Positions 10,540-22,600 of a DNA stretch of 64,000 bases are shown here, in pieces (the stretch's first letter is position 1; each line of letters begins with the position of its first letter). Below the pieces are notes generated by a model. It did no database searches, was not told where the DNA came from, and saw only the letters and a program-made list of their open reading frames with translations. Source of the DNA: Balanoglossus misakiensis. Lineage: Eukaryota; Animalia; Hemichordata. The translations under genes were made by a program, and so were the position numbers. The DNA is taken from NCBI GenBank assembly GCA_040954595.2, contig CM082596.2:3775025-3839024 (forward strand), given 5' to 3'.

Positions 10540-13092
10540 ATGCCGAGACAGCCTTTTTGGGACGAGAAGAAAAAGAAGTATGAAGGAAGTGGCTGCGCGC
10601 TGACTTCAGTACCTGAAGAACTGTGGACAAAATACAAAGATGCCAAAATCGTAGATTTGTCCGGGAACAGAATCAGTAACCTGCCGTCACAGATAAGGGA
10701 GCTGACGGTCCTTGAAGAACTAAATTTGGCGGACAACAACTTCCAGATGTTTCCAGACGCCGTGTACCTGGTGAAGTCTTTGAAAATGTTAAATTTGGAG
10801 TCGAATTCATTGACATCAGTGCCTTACAATGTCATACAACTCAAGGAACTCCGGGAAGTCAATCTGATGAAAACCAACACGCTGTCGTTTCCCAGAATGA
10901 TCTGCCGAGTCCAAAGTTTGACGAAATTACACTTTGGATACAAGGAGTTACCTCCACGTGTAACCAGCCTACCGGATGACGTTTTGGTCACACTGCGTCT
11001 AGAGGAACTGCGCCTGCACTGCTGTAACCTCAGCCTGTTCCCAAAGGTGATATTCAAGATCAAAACCTTGAAGGTGCTCAGTCTGGTTTGGTGCAAGATT
11101 GCAGATGATCTATACGACCTTGGCGAACTCTCAAACCTCGTACAATTGACCCTATCATGCAATGAACTCGTATCATTACCCGACAGTATTGGAAAACTCC
11201 TTCGACTTGAAGTTTTACATGCCAACAAGAACCAACTGAAAAGTATACCGACAGCTTTGAAAAGTATGTCCAAATTAAAAACTATCGATTTGGATGAGAA
11301 CCCTCTCTGCCCTGGAAAGAAAGTGGCCTGTGAGAACAACGCATCAAAAGCCAAAAGTATTATCAGTGAAGTTCTGGTTGCACAGGCAAAACAACAAGTT
11401 GGTCTACCCCTTCAAACAAAGCAAACCACCTCAACTCCCCAGCAGGCAAAAGTTGAGATCAAACGCACGGTAACACCGACACAGCAGAGTTACCTGAAAT
11501 CTCCAACTTCGGCAAAGCAAAGTGACCAACCGTCAAAAGTCGCGACGAAGCCAACATCGACTTCAACTTACAGAAGTTCCCTGGTGTCCCCATTTCTAAC
11601 CAAACAGACAGAAACGTCACCAAAACGACCAGACTCTCAGCTATACAGGAGTTACTTAACACCTCCACCGACAGGTAGCACGTGTCGTGACGCACAGGCA
11701 GTAGGCACCAGCCTACCACAGAAAAGGGAAGTCTCCACACCGACGTACCAGAGTTATTTGAAGTCGACGCCTCAAACGAAACAGGGGCTACAGTTCCCTA
11801 GTGGTAAATCGCCAGTACAGGCTACTTCGAGCGCAAACGCAAAAATGGTAGTACAAGCTTCCACTCCGAGTGCGAAAACACCAATACAAGCCATTTCTTC
11901 ACAAAATAGGGGAAGTCCGAAAAAGCAAGAAGTGACACAAAATCTTCAAAGCCAGCAAGAACAACGACGACAAGAAGAACTTCGACAAAAGCAACGCCTT
12001 GAACTGTTGCAACAGCAGCGCCAGCAGCAACTGCAGCGGCAGCAACTGGCGAAGAAAGCCGAAATTCCCCCACAGCCGAAGACTGCAGAAATCTCAACAA
12101 GGTCGACTTCCCGAGCATCATCAAGCATTGGAGTGTATCCCATGGGAAACCGGCCTCGTGGACAAGCAATCATCATTAACAACTTCAAGTTTGGAGACTC
12201 TCAACAAAGAAGAGACGGTACAGAATTCGATAGAGGTAAATTCTCCGGTTCGCAATTGGAAAGTTTATCATGTTTACTGTTTGTCCTTAGTAGCGGTGCA
12301 TCCAAGAGTTTTACATACAAAAAGGACCATTATTATTGAATCTCGAATGGAAAAGAAGTTCAAATGATTAAATTGAAGTGCGCCCTCTACCATTAAAATG
12401 TTGTGTATGCACAACATTAACACTGCGTTATTCACTTCCAGTATATATGTAATTTGAGGGAATAAAAATTATGTTTTCTCTGTACAGGTAATTTACACAT
12501 TCTACTGAAAGATCTACATTTTGGAGTTCACGTCTACAACGACCTGAGTGCAAACGAAATGGAGTGCGTTGTGAAGACCTTCAGCATTGAAGACCACAGC
12601 TTCTTCAACTGTTTTGTACTATGCGTTCTTTCCCATGGTTCACAAGGCAAAGTCTATGGTACAGACAGCAAGAGCGTGGAAATTCGAGATCTTACAAAAC
12701 ATTTCTCAGCCGACAACTGCAGCACGTTGGCCGGGAAACCCAAGTTGTTCTTCATTCAGGCGTGCCAGGGGCCGACCTCCATGGGAGCAGTGTTAGCCAC
12801 CGATGCTGTATTTGGGAATAACCTTATTCCAAACGAAGCAGACTTTGTCATTGGCTACTCAACTGTGCCTGGCTATGTCTCATACAGAAACACGGGAAAG
12901 GGGAGTTACTACATCAAGGCTTTGGTGGACCAGTTGCGTCAACTCGGAAATGAACACGATTTGGTGTCAATACTGGCTAAAGTTAGAGATGAAGTGAGCA
13001 AATCAGTCCATTCATTAGAGGGCGGTCGTTACTACACACAAGTACCAACAGTGGTTAGCACTCTCGGTAAACAAGTGTACTTGAAAATGTAA
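10540..13092 (+). CDS. LRR-caspase fusion protein (766 aa): ~10 LRRs, S/T/P/Q-rich linker, Q/R/E coiled coil, caspase p20/p10
   Basis: join(10540..12235,12488..13092). A phase-1 GT-AG intron restores ...RRDGTEFDR-G-NLHILLKDLHFGVHVYNDLS... Catalytic motifs LSHG and KPKLFFIQACQG are present, as are p10 motifs ADF, YSTVPGYVSYR and GSYYI. LxxLxLxxN repeats occupy roughly the first 260 aa. AATAAA lies at about 13196. Confidence 0.93.
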
Positions 13093-13507
13093 GTTACAGA
13101 ACAAACTGATGAATGAAATTTCAACTGGAACGTCCATATGAGCAATTTCTTTGTATGTTCGTTGCTGTATACTTTGCGCTTGATTTACGATTATTAATAA
13201 ACAAAGGTTCAACACATGAGTCGTTCTTTCTAATTTCACACATGGGACATTTACCACATCATTGCCAGACCTAAATTAAATTCCTCTGACACCAAAAACA
13301 CAGCATTCCTTATACACAATGCCAAACAAACATTTCTTTCTTACAGTAAAATATGAGAAATTATTCTCATATTTGACTGTTTTATGTATATTAAATGCAC
13401 AAACACATAACTATACATTTGTGTAGTCCTGTCTGACACAATTTATTAACTGTGCAAAATCAGTCAAATGTACAAGTACACAATATCTTCTCTGCCATTA
13501 CTTCAGT

Positions 13508-14580
<1,073 letters not shown>

Positions 14581-14594
14581 TTTGGCTGCTTCGA

Positions 14595-14604
14595 GCAAAG
14601 AGAA
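14595..14604 (-). promoter_or_regulatory. TCT/5'TOP pyrimidine initiator of RPS26, with a YY1 motif CAAGATGGCGGC in intron 1 at ~14367-14378
   Basis: TTCTCTTTGC lies just upstream of the ATG-only exon, as is typical of ribosomal-protein promoters. Confidence 0.7.
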
Positions 14605-15473
14605 CTACTTTCGGTCGATCTGTATGTAAATTACTCCGCGTCAAGTAAAGATTCTGGAAATCGAAAATTATTGATGATTACTTGGCGAAAAGTGTTTACA
14701 GACGTGAAATAACAATATAACTTTTTTTGATATCCTTAAATTGTCTGTATTTATGATTTTTGCATCTTTTCTTTCAAGCGAACTAGCGCATGGATACACC
14801 GGTTTACGTAGACCTTTCCCAACATTCAGGGAAACCCCGCTTTCGTTTGTTTGGTGAGTTCCTCCAACTATAACACAGTGGTGGCGTTGATCGCGTCTTT
14901 CGTTTTTGTCGTGTCGTTTGAACGTTGCTTTTTATGGCCCAATAATTGCGATTTGCACTGCACATTGTCCTGCAAACTGCAAGCATTAAGTGCAGACAGT
15001 GTTAGAAAATTGTTCTTGGTTTACTCCTTTATATGTAATAAACAAATAAATATAACATTTGATGTTCATGTCTTGTAGACATTTATTTCAATCTATGAAG
15101 ACATTTTACAAAGTGTGGGTTAACTGTTACAAGGGACATACACTATGAGTATGACACAACCAGCTTCATACACATGCTAATAAATTCATAAAAATAAAAA
15201 GTTGTCATGATTGTTCAGTATTCCCCTGAAGGAGAAGATATCACTGAATATTTATGACATGTGAAATGCAGACAATATCATTTACTAGATGCCATTTTGT
15301 TATGGGAATGTGAAACTTTTATTTTGTCTTCATAACAGTGCTGGGTGAGCATTGTGTACACGATATATTTGTGCATCAGAGAGTTCCACATTAGTACACT
15401 TGTTCTTTCCATTTTGGTAATTGTTCTTGACAATTTCCGGTAGTATGCTGCATGATGGAAAAGGTCCATTCTC

Positions 15474-16085
15474 TTACGCTGCATACAAAGCTTGGAGCAA
15501 TTTATGGCACTCTTTCTGGTTCTTCTCAACTATGCGATGTGGTCTGGAGAAGAAAGCAGTCAGAATGTTGACTGAAGCCTTGGGGAAATATGTCTGCTTA
15601 ATAACATGGGCAAGTGTGATTAATGGGCCGTGCAAGTCTCTGACGGGTTGGATCTTATCCTCGCTTTTCAGCAGACCCAGATACACCAGCAAACTATTCA
15701 CGATTTCCTCAGACCGCACACTTTCACTGGACATTCCCTTGGACAGGATAGCATCTGAACACTCATAGACAGCCTTCTCCACATCCTTTTTGTCAGTGTC
15801 CATGACCGAGGCCACTTTGACGAAGGCATTTACAACCCTATCAGCAGACTGGATCCTTCCAAGATGGTCAGTCAGCAGATCTGCCCGGTTCTTGCCAACG
15901 TTGAGGAGATTGGCTGCTGTTGGGGATTTGTAAAAGGCCTCAGCTGACACTGTTCCCTCGTCTGACTTCTTGGGGCGGACTGAAGCCATCTGGGAATACA
16001 GTGGACGAGCCTGGTCAGGTTCCTTCACTTCTACCACAGTAACACTGTCATCCTCATCCTCGTCTTCATCAACATCTTCATATTC

Positions 16086-16127
<42 letters not shown>

Positions 16128-17569
16128 TTCTTCCCCTTCCCCTTCATCATCACTCAACGATCCAAGACTTTCAATTCTTCCGCTCTTTTCAAGTGTCTCC
16201 TTAACGAGCTCGATGCCTTCTTCACCAAAGCAGTTTCCATTCAGTTCCAACTTTTCCAACTGATTCTTATCTTTGATGCTCTCAGCAAGCCTGACTGCAG
16301 CATCTTTGTTGATCTCGCCGTACGACAGATTCAACTCTCTCAGTTTGGGTACTCCTTTCTCCATTGCGCCGGCTATCGCCACAGCTCCTCCCGAACGCAC
16401 CAGGCAGTCACCAAAATTGACAACTTCCAAATCGGACAGCTTTTCAAACGCTTTGGCCATTGCTTCGGCTCCCTTTTCTGTGAATGTGTTATCATTCAAG
16501 TTCACTACCCTCAACTTGGTATTTGCCGCGAATGCGTCTGCCAGTGCCGACACACCGGGGTGGTTGATTCCATTCTGTGGCATCTCCACTCGCTCCAAAG
16601 TCGCGATGACCTTGAAGGCTGCTGCAAGTGCTGTGGCACCTTCATTTTCCAACCTGTTTCTTCCGGTGATGAAAACTTTCAAAGACAGGGGCTTTCCAGC
16701 TGCTGAACTTTTCTTGTGACACTCCAAGAGAGCTTCTGACAGAATTTTCCCACCGCCTACTCCAAGACCATTGTTGTTGAACCTCAGCTCCTGCAAAGAG
16801 TACCCGGATTCACTTTTAAGGAGCTCAGTGCATGCCTTGACACCATCCGGACCAAATGCATTGTCACTCAGATCAAGCTCAACTAGGTTAGCTTTCGCCG
16901 TGATGATGGCAGCGCCTAATGTTTCAAGTGATGGAGGAATCTCGGACCTCAGTCTACCGGTGAACATATCACTCCATTTCGCTCTCTGGAACTTCGATCT
17001 GGTTTCCAGTGCTTTTGCGATTGCTTTTGCTGCTTCGACTCCAACAGTATTGCCTGATAATCTCAAGCACTGCATATCTTCTGCATCTGCAATAGCATTC
17101 ACAATCTCGTCTGCATCCTCTGCTTTGTCAAGTTTCAATCCCCTGCCAGCAAAAGATACTTCCTTTACTTCTCCACCTGTTGAGAAAGACAACACATCAC
17201 TCTAGAGATGTATGTTTGAAATATTTATCCAAAGATGTAGAAATCTTAGGTGTCACCATGGCAGCAATCTTTGTTGTCATCAGGGGCAGTAATGTTTGAT
17301 CAAAAACACATTAAATCTCACTGACATGACAGGTGTGTATAAACTGGAGCCGTATACGTTTGAAACATGCAAAATCCTACAGACAGCAGCATTCATTAAC
17401 AGTCATCATGCTCAGGACTGAAAGTGAGAAATCTTGTCCACAGGTCACGTGTTGCATTGATCAGGAGAGTTATGCCCGGAGATTGAGATATGGCATGGAT
17501 CGAATAAAAAATCTTACCTATTGTGGTCTTGGCCAATAAATCAGCGACATCAGGCTCGCTTTTTGCCAT
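15474..17569 (-). CDS. RANGAP1: Ran GTPase-activating protein 1 (584 aa)
   Basis: Exon 17569-17518 (MAKSEPDVADLLAKTTI, phase 1) joins exon 17176-15474. Features: LRR domain (WSDMFTGRLRSEIP, GRNRLEN), poly-acidic tract, and a C-terminal domain with the SUMO site GLLKSEDK. Confidence 0.97.
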
Positions 17570-19650
17570 GGCTTACGTTTCGTTTGATGTCACGACACCT
17601 GAAACTTTGGTATTACTTTGGAAGCACGTCTGCTATTTCCAGCAAGATGGCGGCGTTTTCGAAATGTAATTGCTCCACTTGAGAAAAGTATTAGGCTGGC
17701 GCGAACAAACGACCATTACTGTTCAGCTGCACTGTGGGAAATGTGGCCAAGGCCATTATTGATGGGGGTTGTGGTATTAATTTCAGTGTAGTAATTGGCC
17801 TCAAAGAACGAATTTAAACAAGAAACGGTAATAATATCAAGTTAACTAGAGTCTTTACATTTCTCATGCATGATTTATATACTGAAATTCTCATAGTAAA
17901 CAATTCATCATTGAATCATATTTTCCCTCTCCTACGGAGACAATACAGGTTCCCTAACAACAAAACATTGAGCTTCCGGACAAGAGGTTTGCACACCTGT
18001 GATACCTATGCATTCCGGCCAAAACTGACGAATTACGGAGGCGTACCTCTCACCGGTTACGTAATGGGTGGCATAATTGTTACTAATATCATAAAGTGAA
18101 GCCGCGATTGTAGTTTCAGTTTGTTTACATATGGAAACTAAGTATGTCGGTAAGTATCGAGTTTGATCATGGTGCATGTTCACTTTCGTGATCGTGTGTA
18201 TTTCGTACACTTTATAGTCCAGATCAGATGTACACTCCAGCGGCGGGGGTCCGTTATATGCATAATAGGTGTGAAAAGAAAAGTTATGACACCATTGTTT
18301 ATAGATCGTGACACGAATGTGTTAATGACCGGCACGCGCTGTCAACAAACAGCTGCAGATGGTCGAGAAAACTGTCCGTGAAACGTATTGTGATACAAAC
18401 ACCGTACGCGCTCGGGCCTGGTTCCAGTCCGGGAAGGGATCTCCGTGATCAGAAGTGTTTATTGCTTCTCGCGTCTGTTTGAAAAGCTTCTACTTGCTCC
18501 CTGTGCAATTATATTAAACATTACATACACGATCATTAGGGATCTAATCTTGTTTAGAAAGTGTCGGATACCAAGTCACCACAATTATTGATCAATGTTT
18601 TGCAGTGTCCTGCCACTGATGAGGGGGGGGGGGGGGGTTATTGTCACGCTTTGTTGGCAGTGGCCCGAGTGGGTCATTCACAATGACTGAATACACAGCC
18701 CTTAGTGTCCCTGTACATACCAAACATACAACTCACATCTCAATAAAGCTTACAAACTCTCTGTACCGGAAAACATGACAATGGATAAGGCATAGCATCT
18801 TTGAATCAGTATACAGGATGTAAATGCATGACAGAGCTTTATTCAATTGTGGAAGTTTGTGTAAAACTAAAACTCATACTCCATGACAGTTGCAAGATAA
18901 ACGTCTTAAAACATCTGTATTATCTGTTGACATTCAACATTGCCTTCAATGCACTAGTTTTTAGAAGACAAAGTTTCTGCTGTGACCAAATCAGGCATTT
19001 ATGTTGGCACCAAACAGGTTAATTTGAACGGGTAATCATCTACTTAGTGTCAGTAATGACACATAGCATTATCAACCACAATACTGATAAAATATTATCA
19101 AATGCTGTAACCACATCCATGTCATGTTATCCCAAGAAATTGAGATAATATACTGTAAAGGTTAACTCTAATGATTAAAGGGTTATTTTATGAGGTTAAC
19201 TGTTCTAACGGACAGTTTGGACTGAAGGGGTGTTAAAACCCCAATCCCTCTTATATTGTTCAGTACTCCCATTGTGGGACAGTCAGTTATATGCAGGGTT
19301 TTACTAATGCCAATTTGCTAGGTTACAGTTGTTGATATCTCAAGATGTACTACATTGTGGGTATCCACCAACCAAAGAGTGTATAAATCTTTAAGTGTGT
19401 ATTGAATGTGTCATATTGATAGTATAATACAATGAGACATTGTAGACCTCCTGGTCACATGGGCTCATATATTAAGGGATGCTTGACTTAAGCGGGGCAC
19501 TGTATGTTTTGTTGATCTGTGGATACCGTGCTAATGCTATTAAAAAATGTTCAAGATTGTGTTCAATACTTGTTTGCATGTTTATGGTGAAAAAACTAGT
19601 ACAATAATGACCAAATCAGAAGGAAATTAACACTTTTTTTTCTCTTTCAG

Positions 19651-22600
19651 TCCAAAAAGGAGCAAAGGAAGATTGAAACAAGGGAAGTGAGTAAAAACAT
19701 CCCAAGTTTTGAAGTTGCTGCTGGTGGCGAGGGGAACATAGGATCAGATTCATCACTCAAAAGAGAAGCATCTCCTCCAACACAGATACATGCTGCAGCT
19801 GTCAATGGAGACAAGAATGCTCTTCAAAAAGCCATTTCAGGTAACATTGCCTGGATTCATTGTGTACAAAGTTGAACGTTGGTTTTTGGTTATCAACAAC
19901 CAATTAGCAGACTTTATCCTGTGAAGCTATCATATCTGTATAGTTTGTTTATCTGTCAAAGTACGGTGCTATTTAGTGTGCACCTTGGAAAACAATTCTC
20001 AGAAAGACTTGTCAGTTTTTTTTCAATGTTAATTCTTGCTTTGAATCATTATATAGAATTGCATCAAGTCTACATTCTTGAATAATTATTGGGAAAAATA
20101 TCTCCTGTTTCGTGGTAAATTTCAGCCAACCCAAAGTTGATTGATGGGAAGGACCAGTTTGGCAGAACCCCACTGATGTTTGCTGTGTTGGCAGACAGAC
20201 TGGAATGTGCCGAGATTTTACTCAAAGCAGGAGCCAACGTAGATGCTAAGGACGGCGGTGGAAGAACAAGTCTGCACTGGACAGCTCACAAGGTAAGGTA
20301 CTGTTTAGAGTGTACCATGGCCCAGCCAATTGTTATGTATCGTGCCACTGTTCCTCACTGGAATCCAGTTTAATTATTAACAGCTCAACATATCTCATGT
20401 CAAACTACGGTCAATCCACATCAGATTGGAATCACTATTGTTAAATAAGTCAGTTAGAGGGTGTTGTAAGACCAATGCATGATATACCTTCAAGTTCACC
20501 CTGACTGGTAACTTTCCTTCCAGGGTCATTTCAAGTGCCTCAAGCTACTCATATCAAAGGGAGCAAACTGCAAAGAAAAGGACAACGAGGGCCAGACAGC
20601 ACTGCACCTCTCCACCAGACACAAGAACACAAAATGTCTTGCGTTGTTGATGAAGCAGCTGGATTTAGGAGAAGTCGATGAACAAGACAATGCCAAGGTA
20701 TTGTATTTCGAGAGTAAAAGTAGTGAAAGTTAGTGTGCGTCAAGAATCGAACACTTAGACTATTCATCACCATTTGGTTCAGCTTCACTGTTGTCAGTGG
20801 TCTAGCTTGAACCACATACAGAGAATCAGGGGTGAAGGGGTTATGGCAATATAACACTTTGTCTCATCTCCACAGAGAACCGCCCTTCACTGGAGTGCGT
20901 CCTATGGAAATGATGATGCTGTCAGGATGCTGATCAAACAGGTCAGTATGAAAAGTCACTTACATTTTACTATCGAGAAGCACTAACTGTAGTTGGACTC
21001 ACCTGGCATCCTATTGACAAACTTGCTATATGTGGCTTCTTTATCTTGCTGTCCGCTTGAATTCTGGGTTTCACACCATCATCCTGAAATGAAATATTTC
21101 GTTTGTGATTAGGACTCCAACATTGGTATACCGGACAATGAGGGTAAAACACCACTCCACTGGGCAGCGACTGCCGGGAAAGACAGTTCTGCTATCAACG
21201 CTGTCAGGTTACTGTTGGTAAGAAAGTCATTCAGTTGTATTGTTTCATTCTATGGAGATGAATGAGATGAATGTCAAATAATCCCTTCAGACATTTTCTC
21301 ATACTTTTGAAATAATTTATGTGCATCTGACTTTATTTTTGCTGAAATAAAGTTGAGTTTCATTGAAATTTTATTGTCACTTTTTGCTTGATTGATTGAT
21401 CTGTGCATTTCCATTCATCCAATGTGCAACATTTTAACATTCCTTGTGTATTTATATCCAAGGAATCAGCACCAAGTGTTATCAACTGGCAAGATTATGA
21501 AGGCAGAACAGCTCTGCACTTGACAGTAGCTGATGGAAATGAACCCATAGTTGATTCATTGGTGAGTATGTCATTATGCATTCTTCAACAACAGAACTCA
21601 CATGGCACTTGAATTTATAATAAAACAGCGCAGATAACTATGACGGGAATGTTTAATAATCCAGTGTATCCTGCCATTTATTGATGGAAACCTTTCTGAG
21701 TCAGGTGGGAAATAAATATCTATGGATGAACATCCTGATACCATAATATCAGGGTGTTGTGTGTGTGTGAATCTCATAAGTATTTGTTTTGTTGCAGACG
21801 TCTCTTGATAAGTGCAACGTGACAGCACTGGATAACATGTTTCGCACTCCCCTTCACTGGGCAGCCGTACTGGGCCATACAAAGATAGTGCAGTTATTAC
21901 TGAACAGGAAAGCCGACTATGCAAGCACTGATTCAAATGGCGCCACTCCCATGCATTATGCAGCTCAAAATAACTTTGCTGTAAGTACCAATGCATATTT
22001 TGTCATCAAAAACCAGTCTAACGTCTTGAACATTGAACAGTTTCTCTTATTTGTTCTTTAGTTATGTCCGGTAAATAAGTGATGTCTTCAAGGACTTTGA
22101 ACAACACAGCATTTTGTTGAAATTACTTGATTGGCCAAAGATGTTATGGAGAGTAAAACAAAAGATATTTTAAACATGACAATGAGGGCGCCAGATTTTC
22201 CACTTAATTTCTCAAGCCATAAAATAGAGTGGAAACAGCAGCAAACTTACTTTCCCGGCAAAATATTTTATGAATAAATTAAATGTCAATAAAATGCATG
22301 ATTTCTGATGGGAGTGATTGATTATTTCGATCAGTAATGTTACAAAGTGAAGCACAAATTGGCCAAAAATAACATATAATCATTGCTTCCTTTTAGGAAA
22401 CTGTAGATGCATTTCTTTCAAGAGACAATGTAACAGATGAACCTGATTTAGAGGGTAGGACAGCGTTGATGTGGGCATCTGGTAAAGGTGCTAATGATGT
22501 CATCAGGACAATTCTGAAAAGGTATCCAGACATCAATGCTGCTGACAAGACTGGTGGTACAGGTTAGTGTTGTACTGTATTAACCTTTCCACCCCGTTTC

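Noticed and set aside
10509-12188. Several minus-strand ORFs over the LRR-caspase exon
   Set aside because: Antisense shadows with no recognisable domains or splice support.
10474-12339. Treating the 621-aa ORF and the 177-aa ORF at 12559 as two separate genes
   Set aside because: The caspase p20 begins in the first ORF and continues in frame across a canonical phase-1 intron, so they form one gene.
9739-12392. CTCF-like GCGCCCTCTA motifs at ~9739 and ~12380
   Set aside because: Partial matches only, indistinguishable from chance without a PWM scan or ChIP data.
15970-17205. Long plus-strand Ser-rich ORFs
   Set aside because: Antisense shadows of the RanGAP1 coding exon.
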